Shown: positions 51,183 to 64,000 of the stretch, piece by piece
Position numbering within the stretch: position 1 is the stretch's first letter
Layout of the letters: each line of letters opens with the position of its first letter
Assembly: GCF_002571385.2 (NCBI RefSeq)
Contig: NW_019217786.1
Coordinates: 1,051,676 to 1,115,675, forward strand
Direction: 5' to 3'
DNA length: 64,000 bases
Source: Stylophora pistillata
Lineage: Eukaryota
The notes under the pieces: generated by a model
What the model was told of the DNA's origin: nothing
Database searches by the model: none
Seen by the model: the letters and a program-made list of their open reading frames with translations, nothing else
Translations under genes and position numbers: made by a program

Positions 51183-52513
51183 AATTTCTAACGTACAAGT
51201 AGCTGCTAGATACGGCTTAGCCCATATCATAACACATTTTCCAAAAATTATTCTCTAGCAAACTATTGCAAGACGTAAATGCATTTGATTTAGCGAGTAT
51301 TTTCCCTTAACACTAGGTATTCGAATATTACAGCTCGGAAACTTTTGAGCTTTTCAAAATTCTCCCCGTTCGCTTCTGATTCATTTTTATAAGGGAATTG
51401 AAAGGGTGCACAGACTAAGTGAGAATGCAGCTAGAATTAATTCAACCACTTCATTGAAACAAAGATGGATGTAGCTTCTAGCGATTTACTATAAAGAATA
51501 ACGAAATTCCATGTAAAATTGGTTGAGCTGCAGTCCTAAATTCAGACCGCTAATGATTTATCTTCCATTTCCATGGAATGATTGCAAACATCCTTGCTTT
51601 CTTTTATCTGAATTAATTTTAATTTTTACCAGAAACCATTTGTCGATAAATAACAGAAAGTATAAGTCATAGCAGTGACTTTCGTTAAATAAAACTGCCA
51701 GGCGGACCTTTTTGAACGAATTTCCTAAGTGGGAGTGAGGTAGCTATTGTGTTATAATGGTATGACCCTTGGGTTTTCTTTTTAAAAGGGCAGAGACACC
51801 TATTCTCTCTTTGCAACAGAACCGAATACGACATGGGGCTAGATTATATGTCATAACAAGGAAGAAGCCTATCAAAGAAAGGTCCGGTTCTTTCAGGCGG
51901 CCAGACAATTCTATCTGTATCTCCCGCCCCCTCCCCCCCCCTCCTTCCTTCGGTTCCCTATAACAAAGGGCCATATGGTCCTTCATCAAGGGGCCATATG
52001 GTTCTTCCTTCTCAAAACGGATATGGGTCCCGTCGACATAATGGTTAACACTCGTTAATAAAAAGTCCGATGTCTTTCCGTAAAGTTTACAAAATTTGAA
52101 TTAAAATGTTTTCTATATTATTGAAAATTATTTGTGATTTATGACGTTAATGATTTGCTCATGATTATAACAAGGCTATTTGTCTTCTGTACAATGTAAG
52201 TCCACGGACTACTATCTTACTGATAAACATATGTTCCACTAAAAGCATTTTTTATTCATCTTTCCTGGGTACCCATCCACCAGTTGTCTTTTCTAATGAT
52301 AATTGAATCATTTAAACCTAGACAAGATTCCTATTTTTTCTCTTTGAAACTTAACTATGCTTGAAAAATTTAACTCAACCTCCTGTTGACTCATTTGGTT
52401 GGTTCCCGCCTCTAATTTTAAATAATATCAAGTGTTACAAGACTAAGCAACATGATCTTAGCGGCATCGTCCCACGGTTCTCCTCCCTGAATCGCAAACT
52501 GCATTATTTACGT

Positions 52514-55500
52514 TTACACTGACGTTCCTACGCTAAAAATCATTACTGTGGATCCAATCATGATAATCACAAACAAGTAGAGGAAGAAGGAATCTAGTAT
52601 CTCCGCAACTAGGATCCACTCCTCTTTTTTAGAATCATACTCGTCCTGTTCTTCCACAGCTCGCACCAGTTTCTTCACATAGTGCACGAGGTGCTCCTGC
52701 TGATGGAGCATGGCACTGATAAGCGGGTTAGGATTTGAGTTTGCGGACGCGTTAGCGTTGAGATCATTGTCATTCATGGGAGCATTATCGTATAAAGACT
52801 CCCTCCTAACCGAAGCCCTCGAAGGATATGTACTGATATTCCTGGAGTGAACTCCGTGTCCCAAATGAAGCATGTCCACCGTCATTTCATGACATGTTCC
52901 ACATTTGTGCGCATTGTGATGTTCGAGCAAGTTAATATTTGCCTCTGTGTTCCTCCGGCTCGCGAACCTTTGGTGAATCAAATTAAAATTTGGGTCCAAC
53001 GACTCTGCTATAGACAGGGGTCGGTGAGACTTCTTATCTTCATCAGCTGCTTTTTCTTCCTTTTTGCGCATTTGCCTTCGTTTTCTTTTGACTTCGATTT
53101 TCAGAAGTTTACCCAACCATTGGATGATTACCAAACGAATCCAGAAAGGAACTTCTGAGAACGAAGGGTTGGTGAAGTAGCACTTTAACACTAGGACAGT
53201 GGCCATTAGCGAGAGACCGACCTTTAGGAATAGAAAAAAGAAATATATTTTGATGAAAATATGAATATTTGATTTTCTATAACAATTTATGTCATGCCTT
53301 TATTTCTGACGATCATGTAGATGATACCAAATCTGGTGTCACTCTAGCTGAGATAAGTTTTGTGCGAGAAGTTGGCAAAATTAAGGCGGTAAAAGGCTTA
53401 ATGAACGGGTGACTCGAAAGGCTGGGAGGTGGAGGGCATCCCCAACGATTGCGAAATACAAAAGAAATTTAGGTCACTGGCTTATAGCGAGGGAAGCTCT
53501 AACATAAACATGAGTTAAATTTGCGAGTTTAGGAATTATGCAAATTGCACGAGATGTTCTGCATTATTCTGGCTGCTTCAATAGTTTTCTTATTTGATAA
53601 AATTCCAGTTTTTCCTTCCAATCAACCAAACTCACATTTCAAAATGAATAAGTAGGCTCATCGCTAGCAGTGGTTAAAAGAGCTAAAACGTCCTTATTTG
53701 TGCAGTGCACACTTTCGCCTGATTTCTTAGCGAACCGTTTGGTTAGCGGATAGGTAGTTCTGGACTCAATCTAACTCACTGAAACTGTCCATTGGCTCTC
53801 CATTATGTTTTATTCCTTCTTATTTATGAGCCACTCCGATTTAAAAGAAATTCGGCGCCTTCAAGCCCCGTTACTCCAAGGCCGCTGGCCTACAGAATCG
53901 CGACTGCGGTGTGTATTACTGTGTGACAATACGGTAAAAAATCAGAGAGTAAGAGGAGCGTTTCTTACAACTTACCTCTACAAGTATACTGAGGAAATAA
54001 ACGCTGATAATTGGCACTACCTCAGATGTTTGTGGTAATATATCTGCGACGATCAGCATAAACACCGTCAGAGCCAGCAAGGTAGTAATCACCAAAGTGA
54101 TTCTCTCACCAGCCTCTGAGGGTAGGAAAAAGGACAACAGAGACAGAACTGGTAAAAAAAAGCAAACAACACATCAGTTAGCGCTTCAGATCTGTGGTTA
54201 GTTCATTGGAAGGTCTTAACTGCTTTGATGCCTCCAGCAAGACAGTTTGCTTTGATGTGGCATCCTCTCTCTAAGAGGCAAACTGGTTACCGAAGTGAAA
54301 AAAGAAAAAAAAACGGTTATGTTAACATAATGCTATAGGCAGAGATTGCTAACCACCGCTGATCGAATTAGGGGTAGGATCGTTCTTTATCTTATTTTGT
54401 AAAACTGTTATATGATCTCCGGCTCAAACCTTTCAATTTTTGAAAATCTTTAACTCACGTTCCATGAATGATGAGCATGTAATTATATCAAACAACCATT
54501 AACCCTTTAACTGCCACCAGTGACCAAGACAGAATTTCTCCTCACAATATCGATGCAATTTTAAGCAGACAGGTGTTGAGAATCGAGAAATAAATCAATT
54601 ATGGGAATTTTGGTTGACACAATACCAATATAAGAACTGTATGGCAGAGAGTAAGTAGGATTTACTAATGAGACCTAAGGAGTGAAAAGTTAAGAAACAT
54701 ATATACTCATAAGCCTCTGTTACAGCTAATATGTTTGACTTACGCGTGATGAGAAAACAAGGAACGATCAAATTAACGAAGAAGTACGTGGTTCTTCTCC
54801 GTAGCTTTAAAGTGCAGGTGACGTCAGAGTATGGTTCCGGGCAGCATTCATATTTCATGACATTCCTCTTACAGGGGAATCCTACCAGATCCCATTCTCC
54901 ATTCACTTGTGTCGTTTTGGTATCGGCCAAGGCGATTTCAGCCTTCATATCAACACGCCATGCGTCGTATGTCCACGATCCAAACTTGAGAGAACATGTC
55001 TGCAAAGAAAATAAAAAAAGTATATATAAAAAAAAAAACAATTGTCTCTCCTAGAGGCGACAGCATTCACCTAAAGAACGACAGCTTTAGAAACTATACG
55101 CCACCGCTTGACGAAAAATAGCAGAGTGGCAGTCGATACGCCCCGATCCACAACTGATAGCTGGGCCCTTTTTAGGGAGCATTCATTCAAGTTATTCATG
55201 GGAGGGGGTGGGCTGGCAAGATTTACAGTGAGACTAAAAAAAATATCCTGACCCTGCTCTATAAGAATTAAAAATGTCATGACCCCTCTAGTTGTAATTG
55301 CAAAAATAGCTAGCCCCCCTACCCCCTAGGACTATCAAAGCAGCTAGGTTAAAAGAAGTGAAAAATATCTTTCAAATATTTAATTTTATTGGAAAAACAC
55401 CTTAACAATACAGTTCTAGTGTTTAAAATCTAAAGTTGATAGAAAATGGGTAACATAATATATGAGATATCCTATGTGGATGACATTGTAATTTCGTATT

Positions 55501-58500
55501 GTAGTAGAGATTCCTCAGAGACTAAGGAAAGTAGTCAGGAGGACATCATATCAGTAATGGAATTGACTCGTCGAACTCGGTCAGGACGTAGTACTGGCAT
55601 ATCGTTTTCTAGATACCGAGACCAGTTCGTATATTTCTAATATTCTGTGTTTGCTGCCCCACTACAATCATAGCTTGCCAAGAATACCTATCGTGCCAAA
55701 AACTCATGGCTAGTCTATATAATATAATTGTAAATAACTTAGAACTTAGAACATCTCATCATTGTTATCCCTTTTTATTACTTTTTTATTGTTAATACTA
55801 TGGTAAATATTACACTCATCTCGCCTTTACTGCAATCTTGTAATGTAGTTTTCGAAAGAAACATTATTATAGCCTGAAAAAGAATAGCTTTCCAGTGTAT
55901 GCAAAGTTAGCTATTGTTCCCTATTGGCGGGTAGTAGAAATGTTCTACAAACTTAAACCCACATTTGTAGATGATATGTAACAACAAACGGCTTTTGACT
56001 CCCCTACATTATTCCCAAATAATTTTTCTAATGACCCCCCATTTTAGTTCATGAATTTATCATGACGCCCCCTATTATTCTTGCCAGTCCTTCACCCGCC
56101 ATAAATAATGAAGGTTCCCTTAGCGTCAGAAAGAATTATCTCAAATGGTCTTTGCTCTGGGTAAGAAATTAACAATGCAATGCACACTTATGACTATGCA
56201 GTGACATTGCAGTGATCAAGAGGATAAGCATGTTGAGTTACGATAATTAATTGAAATGCCGCGAGTCAATGTTCACTCACCTGCTCGTCAAAGGGAAAGT
56301 AATGCACGTCAATTTTACATGAGCTCTGGAGTATGGAGGGTGCCAGCCATGTGTTAGTGCCATTGTGATTCACCTTGATCTTAGTTTTCATCCTATCCTG
56401 AGCGCCATCGCTGGAATCGTCCGCACTAATAGATTGAACAATAAATAACATACTTTTAAGGCAATTTATCATTATCAAAGACAACTGAAGCTGATAGATA
56501 AGTTTAGTGACGATTGCTTGGGCTATGTCGGAAGAATCATGATTTAGAACTACAAGTTCCATCAGAGAACTTCTATCCCTGTCATGGCTCACTGTCGTTA
56601 ACTGACAAGTTGGCCTATCCTTCAATCATGATCAAGTCTGAGAGCGGTTTTTGATTGTGTCGTAACACCAAAACCAAAGTCATCGCAACAGCCAATCAGA
56701 AGAAAGGAAAATATCTTAAAGAGCTAATGGGAAATCAAAGTAATACCGAATAAAGTGCCCAAAGCGCGGGAAAACGCAGGCGACCAACTCGTGAATGGAG
56801 CGAGTGGCGCGATTATTCTGGACCAGTCACAGAGCGAAGTAAAGCTCAATACTCATTTAAAAATCGCTCCAAAACTAGTAGAATATTTTCTTGCTCTTAT
56901 TTACTGAAGAAATAGCAGGATTGAAAAGCGCATTTCTAGCTTGTAATCGTCAGCTGAAATAAGAGTGACGATCATGAGTACATTTACTTGTTGTAAAGGT
57001 AAATGTCAGGTGTCCATAATTTGTCCGCATCAATGTTAACTTCTGTTATTCCACCATAATCACTCACATTCCAGCGCAGTAAAGGATTTACCCATACCTA
57101 TAAATGGAAAAGAAAATTCCCCAGTAAGTCGAGAAGAGAATGTCAGTGACTCCTGTGAACTTGATGATATTTCTGTAAGGAAAAGGTTTTGATTCAAATA
57201 ATGCGTCGATGGTTGCCACTGTTTATCGTCTTTTGTAGTGTCTCGGTAAGAATTGAAAAGATCATATATTCAGATCTACAGAACTTGCTGATTTAAACGG
57301 TAAAACGCTCTCTCTTCAAAGGAAAAAAATTTCCTTCACGTTACACGATACGCCGATTAAAAGCTATTAAGATAATATTGCAAAGAAAACATTTGTTTTT
57401 AATAGCGAACGGTCCTGAAATGATTGTAAGATGTTTATCGTCTTCTGCTGTCTTCCGTAATGTCACGGCACGAACTGAAAATATTATGCGCCAGTGCCTA
57501 TAAGCCAGAAATCACAAAAGAAGAGAACTCAACTGTGTATCGAGTGCGAATGTTGAACTTATAAGAAACATCGGGTCAAAATTGGGTCGAGATCGGAATC
57601 CTATTGTTACACACACTCAGTCACTATACGAGACAGTAGCCACAAATACCTATATGCGCAGAGTTTAGTTAGAACACATTTCACATCAATGATACCGTTG
57701 CATCTACCCTGAGGTAACAATAATAACAATGTTTGGGATGTTCAGTTAAAAAATCGAAAATGAATAAAAGCAATCTGACTTTTGGTTAAGAATCCTTAAT
57801 GTTACGTCGCTAAACTGCATGTTTTTGTACCATTTTAAATCGAAGGTCAGAAAACGTCCTACAATATTCTTGGACATGGAAAATCTATACACGCAGATTT
57901 TGTGAGATCATATTTTTCATCAATCATACCGCTACATGTGCCCTGAAGTAGCATATTAACAATGTATGGGCCATTCATTTATGTCGAGCACAAAATTGGG
58001 AGGACTGGGGGTCGTTTACAGCTACATCCGTCGTCTTAACTTAAAGTTACCAGTCCTTTCTCTTTTTTATTCTTTTAGGATTTACCTTTGCTGCAAAACA
58101 CGTTTTTGATATTCAATCATCATTTTTCAGGAATATATTGTTTTCATCCTGTCGTCAATTGTAGGTATCCAGCCTCGTGGAAAATGGGACAAGTCACTCC
58201 ATTATATAAAAAAGATGATGAATTGAGCAAGGCAAACTACAGGCCGGTGACAGTTTTGCCAGCAATCAACAATATTTATGAGAGGATTTTAGTCCTATTG
58301 CTGAATGACTTTTATAGTTTTATTTTGTCTGATCATATAAGTTCGTATAGAGTTTTACGGCTGTGAGACGTCGTTATTAAGGATGACAGAAGAATGGAAG
58401 TCAATGCGCGATGCATGATGGGCAACTCGTAGGGATAGTGTCAATGGACTTGTCAAAGGCCTTTGATGTTATACAACACCCCTGCTATTAGCCAAGCTCA

Positions 58501-60580
58501 AAGCCTACGGACTAGACGAGGACAGCTGTGCCTTGTTAAGAAACTATCTGTCAAATCGACAACAGAGAGTGAAGATTGGTGACACGTTCTCATCATGGAA
58601 CATTATTAAGCGTAGGGTACCTCAGGGTAGTGTCTTAGGCCCGATTCTTTTTAATATATTTGTTAACGATCTCTTCTATCATATAAAGAGAAGCTAGAGT
58701 TGCTCTCGGCTGCGCCTCGAGCAACTCTTTACGCTTCTCTCGTGCTCTCCAAACTCCCCGCGTGCATCCATAACTCGACATACGCACGTTAAGCATGAAA
58801 CATTTCTTAAGTATATTATGTTGATTTCTTTTGTTATTTGTTATTTTTCTCTCGGAATTTTTAGTTTCTATAAGCTACTCTTAAAATGGAGAAAAAATTA
58901 AAGTTTATGTATGTATGTATGTATGTATGTATGTATGTCACATACTATTGCACTTTGAGTTAGTTAAGTGGTTACTGTTTCTGTCCAAATAAAAGGAAAA
59001 GCTGATTGAATGGGGTCTGACTAGCTCCATTCAATTCAGTATTCCAGCGGCTTGGCTTTCATTTAGATTCGACTGATGTTCACTCGATGTATCAACAAGG
59101 GTTTGGTTTCCACATCGTGCCAATGCATAGGTTTGAGTTTGATATGTTTTTGATTTCATTCGGGTTAATCTTGTATTTTAGATGTGATTGAGCCATTCCC
59201 CTCCCTCACCCTCCCTTCCCTCACCCTCCCTTCCCTCACCCTCCCTTCCCTCCCCCAATCAGTAATTGTTGACAGCTATGCGCCGATTTAGAGATCAGAG
59301 ATCGAAATCACCACGGACTGCATAGCGAAAAGAAAATGCAGTTTGCAAAGCATTTATTTAAGTGTGCGTAGTATGACCTGTGCTGAGAATCTTGAGAAAA
59401 CGTTTATTTTTAAAATAAAATTGCGTAATGAAATTACCTGCCTGATGAAAAGACTCAGTTTTAGAATCTGGTGTCTTTCAACCTGCAAAGAAAGTATAAC
59501 AAACAACCCTGAATAACAAAGTGTTTTCTTGCTATTCCGCACCACGAGTGTACTGTCTAGCTTAACTAATTTCGATTATGCAAGGGCCTGCAAACCAGCC
59601 CACTGGTAAACATGTAGGATAGTGGGAATGATAGATCAAGCGAATTTTCAAGCGCTTAGGAAGCACTCACTGAGAAGTAACACCACTTCTCCTGTTTCTG
59701 CTACACTTCTTAGAGTCAATCCCTTACTTAAGCTTGAAGATGATAAGCTAGAGGGTTCCTGGAACCGAGGGATATCACGACAAAGTTACATTATCTTGAT
59801 ACATACCACATCTATGATTTGATTCAAAGTTATTCCAAACTGTACTGTAACGTTGTCCTTGATTGAGAGGACAGGGCGACGAGATTTGCTGTGACTCAAA
59901 AGGAATTCTACCAGTCTTTCGTCGTAATCGCCATCTACAGAGAGAAATAGTTACATTCCTCAGAATTCGAAATTCGTCAGAATTTACATCGCAGATTCAG
60001 AGGGCAAGGATTTATAACTAAGCTAGCTGTACAATGCTCGCTCATTGCAATACCGACTTGTTTCCTTCTTTTTATTTGCGATAATTGTTAGGTACTAGAT
60101 ACCGCCCAATTGCCTTGTAATAAGGAGCATTCTTCAATTACCCGTCTACTCTGTTCTGACCATGTGCGCTCGTTTCTTTTGACCTGAGAGCTTGCCTTTG
60201 TCGCCTTTGCTTAGGATTATACTTAAAAAATGAGTCGGTACGAGCTGCAAACAAGTATTTTTTTATTTTGATGTGAACATAAAAAAAAATCTTGGTTTTT
60301 TTCTTTGAGTCAGTGCCAATAAACTATCAGAAGAAAATAAAAACTAAGGCAATTCTTTGGCACCTTTACCCGGTAATTTGCCTATATTTTGTGGCTTGCA
60401 GGGTGCCCAAATTGTATATTACAAAATTGACGGTGAAGCGTCGCATTTCTGTTGTTACTGATTATCTCTTGAGGTCGTAATAAGTGAAATATATTCTCTA
60501 CCTTGAAAGTTTTCACCAAAGCTCGACTTTACACAATAACACGCCACCAAAACAAAGATGGTGGGTCGCATGAAACACAT
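52514..60580 (-). CDS. Nicotinic acetylcholine receptor alpha-type subunit C
   Basis: Exons 5'->3': 60580-60502 (MCFMRPTIFVLVACYCVKSSFG), 59934-59807, 59482-59438, 57097-56988, 56425-56281, 54999-54744, 54148-53976, 53221-52514. Cys-loop CKIDVHYFPFDEQTC, loop C YECCPEPY, M2 [20 protein letters not shown]. Internal exon sizes 45/110/145/256/173 match A and B. An acceptor at 60618-60619 implies an upstream non-coding exon; AATAAA on - at 52251-52256. Confidence 0.95.
55175..56119. mobile_element. Non-autonomous PIF/Harbinger-like DNA transposon
   Basis: TIRs GGGAGCATTCATT ... AATGAAGGTTCCC flanked by TTA on both sides; subterminal CTGGCAAGA / TCTTGCCAG. Confidence 0.7.
58110..58937 (+). mobile_element. 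Degraded LINE reverse-transcriptase fragment with (ATGT)n tail
   Basis: WKMGQVTPLYKKDD...NYRPVTVLP...MDLSKAFD...LRNYLSNRQQRV...VPQGSVLGPILFNIFVNDL with stops and frameshifts. An unrelated repeat interrupts at ~58691-58810; ATGT run at 58907-58937. Confidence 0.88.
59200..59255. repeat. Polypyrimidine minisatellite (CCCTCACCCTCCCTT)x3
   Basis: Direct tandem copies. Confidence 0.85.
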
Positions 60581-63500
60581 CACTGGTTTGCACTAAGGAC
60601 AACTTGTAGCTTAAGTTCTAGGAAAAGAAAGGACAGCGAACAAACATGAGCTTAGAGGCTTTGGGCTTCTGTCAGACATTTTCATCGCAGTACATTTCGT
60701 TCGATCAAAACAGATTGACAAACTCCCCTTTGGCCGATGACTAATATAATGAGGTGCTGATCGAGCGATAATAAAAGTATCGTCCATGTCAAGTAATTTT
60801 CAAAGAGTACGTGGGATCAGGGGAATAGAGAGGGTTTTTTAAAGAGCTGCTGTGGGAGGAAGTGGAATAATTTTAACTGCTCGAAATTAAATGTCGAGTT
60901 TATCCCTTTACAGAAATTTGTTGGGGCAGTACTACCAGAGTATGAACGAGGTATTAATGGTTGTACACCGACAATGATATGCAGAATCAGCTCAAAGAAA
61001 CAAAGAAGAAAATTTTGAAATTTTTCTTAAGTGCTTATCAGCTGCTTCCTTCCTCTTTCCCTACGCAAACGAGTCTGAATATATTTTGTATTTCGAATTG
61101 TTGATGGTCGTTTAAGTTTGCCTTGAACTTATTTTAATACTGATCCAGTTTTCAGCTAAAGAGAAGCTCAGGGTAGCGGTAATAACAAAAGGCAATAATT
61201 AATTCCAATCAAACCATACCCATCTTATTTCAATCTTAAAACAAAAGAGAAAATATCTTCCTCTCTACACTGTAATTGGTGTAAAAGGGTCGAAAGTAGT
61301 GGGAAAAAGGTGCGTTTTCGTGCTCAACTTCCCGATGAGCAAGGTAGGTACTTCTTCATTTGATCCGAATTTTAGTTAATCCGCGTAAACATGATGACAG
61401 ACCATTAAAAGTTTCCGCTTTCAGTTTCAAGGAAATTGCGAATAGTTCTGTGCAACACAAGTAGTGTGTCGTGATTGCTAATGACTGATATAACACCACC
61501 TTCATGAAGAATTATTCACTGCCGGAGAAACCATAATTTTGCCGTATCTTTAAAAAGGAAATGTTAAAAATCAATAAAGACCCTTGCGGTTTCAGCGCAT
61601 TTTATCTTCAAGATCGGAATTTCAAAATTCTCCAGATACTGTCTGCACAATTTTTCCATTTTAAAGAAATGACTTTATCCCTAAGTTTGGCGATGAAAGA
61701 ATAAACTAACTTACCTATGATATGAGACCCAAAATGGAAAAAGAATGAACTTAGAGAGGCACTATTATATTTAAAAAAAAAAAAAAAAAAAACATTTATA
61801 AAAATGTCCGGACTCATCAAATTATCGCAGTGGGAACACATTTAACATTGCGCTGTTTTGTGAGCAATTCCATTTTCTTTCTTGGCCTGAATTAACCATA
61901 ATAAGTAAAAAGGTCATCAACAGGCAAAACGCTGATGCAATTAAAGGCAAAATTCGCGTCATGTATGTGTTCAATTTTCAACCCTGTAATTGTACTGGAT
62001 TTGTTCACTGATGAGTAGGTACGGTCATTTTAAAATGGACCTTTCCTAAAATAATTATCTTGAGCTGGTTCATTGTGCTCTGTTGTCCTGAGATCAGAGA
62101 ACTGAGAAAAGCCCGAGAAAGATGTCTCGGTCTCTAAAACCTTCTGAAGTCAATGACAATAATATTCCCTACTATTTGAAGGAGTCAAATAATTCATAAT
62201 GTAAACACTACATTCCAAGTTATCTCCAGTTTGATTCATGACTGAAATAGACTTTTTCGCGCATAGCTACTTCTTAGCGCTTCACACTGCCATGTTTTCC
62301 TGGGTATCAAATCTGCGCTGTAAATTTTCCAAAACTGCACGTAAAATTAATTTCGATCGACCGACGCACAATCAGTAAATACACTTATTAAAAACAGGTA
62401 CCTACCGAACCAGGTTTACCTCGGTTTCTTGGCGTCTAAATCACAGTTCGCTTTGATAGCGTTGTGGATAGCTTGACCTTATCAATTTTCAATTGCTCGA
62501 CGCAGTTACCTTTCAACAATTTAGCTGCTGAAACACATCAAAATCCAGGTCTTATTAACAAAATCCACTAGAAGTATAATAAGGTTAAGGTGGATTACAC
62601 TTCAAAGAAATTCCTGACCTACTGTGCGAAAATTTATCTGATTAGCACTTGTCACAGGAAATGTCGTGTTCATCTTGTCGCAGGACACGTGGACTTTATG
62701 TTCCTCGTGTTTCTTTTCACATAAATTTCCAGACTCATTCAGATAGACCAAGTCTTAGATTCTTCTCTGCTAAGTTTGTTAGTACTTTTCTCTTGTTGTA
62801 AGTTGTACGTTTTCTTCTGACTGGGATAGCAGATAAACCCATAACAATTCTCGCGTGATTGATGAAGTTGGTGCAAACTATATATGCAAACGCTACACAT
62901 TCGTTAAAAAAAAAAAAGAAAAAAACGCCGAATAGTTTAACACATTCTGTTTTCGCTCAATAAGTAAAAGTTTTGAGCTTGGTTTTCGTTTCTAGTTAAA
63001 GCAAGTATGTCTTTATGTGCTAAACGCTTTACTGCAGTATTTGTTTAGTATTGTCACAAGCTTGATCAGGTATCATGGCAGTTTCGGATATATTTTCTTA
63101 CAGGTGAAACAAAAGATCAATTAGACTGCAGTTCAATAGAAATTTCCCTAATAACACGGCTCAGTAGTTGGAATTCAGCGAATAGTTTCAAATCTTGTCA
63201 GTGGCAATGAAATAAATTGGTGTTGTAATGTTTACACGCATATCACAGCGAATGATTGACAAAAAAAGAAGTGTTAAATTTTTTGGAGGCACAAGTTCTC
63301 CTCTTGCCATCAAAGCATTTAGAGAAGACCGCTCGTTTGAAAACACACAGATGTAATAAATCATAGAAATTTAAAACTAGAAATAACTAGACCGTCAGTT
63401 TTCTATGTTATCACATCTAAATAAGATTAAAAGTAAAAATGTTTTTCTACACCATTCTTTGAAAATTTTGAATGTCATAAGACTAAAGTTCCGCTGGACC

Positions 63501-64000
63501 GTATTAATCAGCAATTGACGGAATTTAACTAAATTACTTTCTTATCGGGGAACAATACAACGTGGGCTAACACATGTATAAACAAATAAAGTGAATATAC
63601 GGCGCCATGAAGGCTGAGTGTTCCACTCAGCTGTCCCACCTTTACACTCGGTTTTAAAAAGCGATAAAGGAGCAAAGCCCAATGAAGATTTTTTTACAAA
63701 AGAGAAAGATATGACGAGATTCAACCGTCACCTATTCGCAACACTTTCAGCGAAATTCAACTGGGGAACACACACAGAAGATGGAGCTTGCTCGTGGTGT
63801 GTATATATATGTGGATTTCATTTTGTGTCACCTATGGATTAAGATAACACTGAACTTAGACCTTTCAGAAGAGAGAGTTTCTATCACTCAGATATCTACT
63901 TTTTAAAGTAACCAAACCGAGTTCTTGGGGTTAATAATTCCTTCAGAAATTAGTTTAAAATCCAGTCGCCTAAAGTCGTCAGGAATTCCAAGCTGTTTTG

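Noticed and set aside
63542-63842. Short ORFs near the window end
   Set aside because: No domain similarity or convincing exon structure; a neighbouring gene's UTR cannot be excluded.

Overview
Eukaryotic, intron-rich animal DNA; the repeat families and gene content suggest a cnidarian, probably a stony coral (inference). Bases 438-31461 (+) hold the 3' part of a dystrophin/utrophin orthologue. I traced 45 GT-AG exons in one continuous frame, running from about spectrin repeat 12 through WW, EF, ZZ and the coiled coils to the stop. One symmetric phase 1-1 exon (6755-7129) encodes a complete PLAT/LH2 domain between the R15- and R16-equivalent repeats, which vertebrate dystrophin lacks. Bases 35428-60580 hold three complete alpha-type nicotinic acetylcholine receptor genes with 8 coding exons each: two in tandem on + and one convergent on -. 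The tandem pair has a near-identical pore exon, and the third has an extra cysteine pair flanking loop C. Introns carry a Penelope-like GIY-YIG fragment, related palindromic hammerhead-ribozyme mini-elements, a tRNA-like tandem/inverted element with target-site duplications, LINE relics, SINEs and MITEs. All coordinates were read by eye, and human comparisons are from memory.
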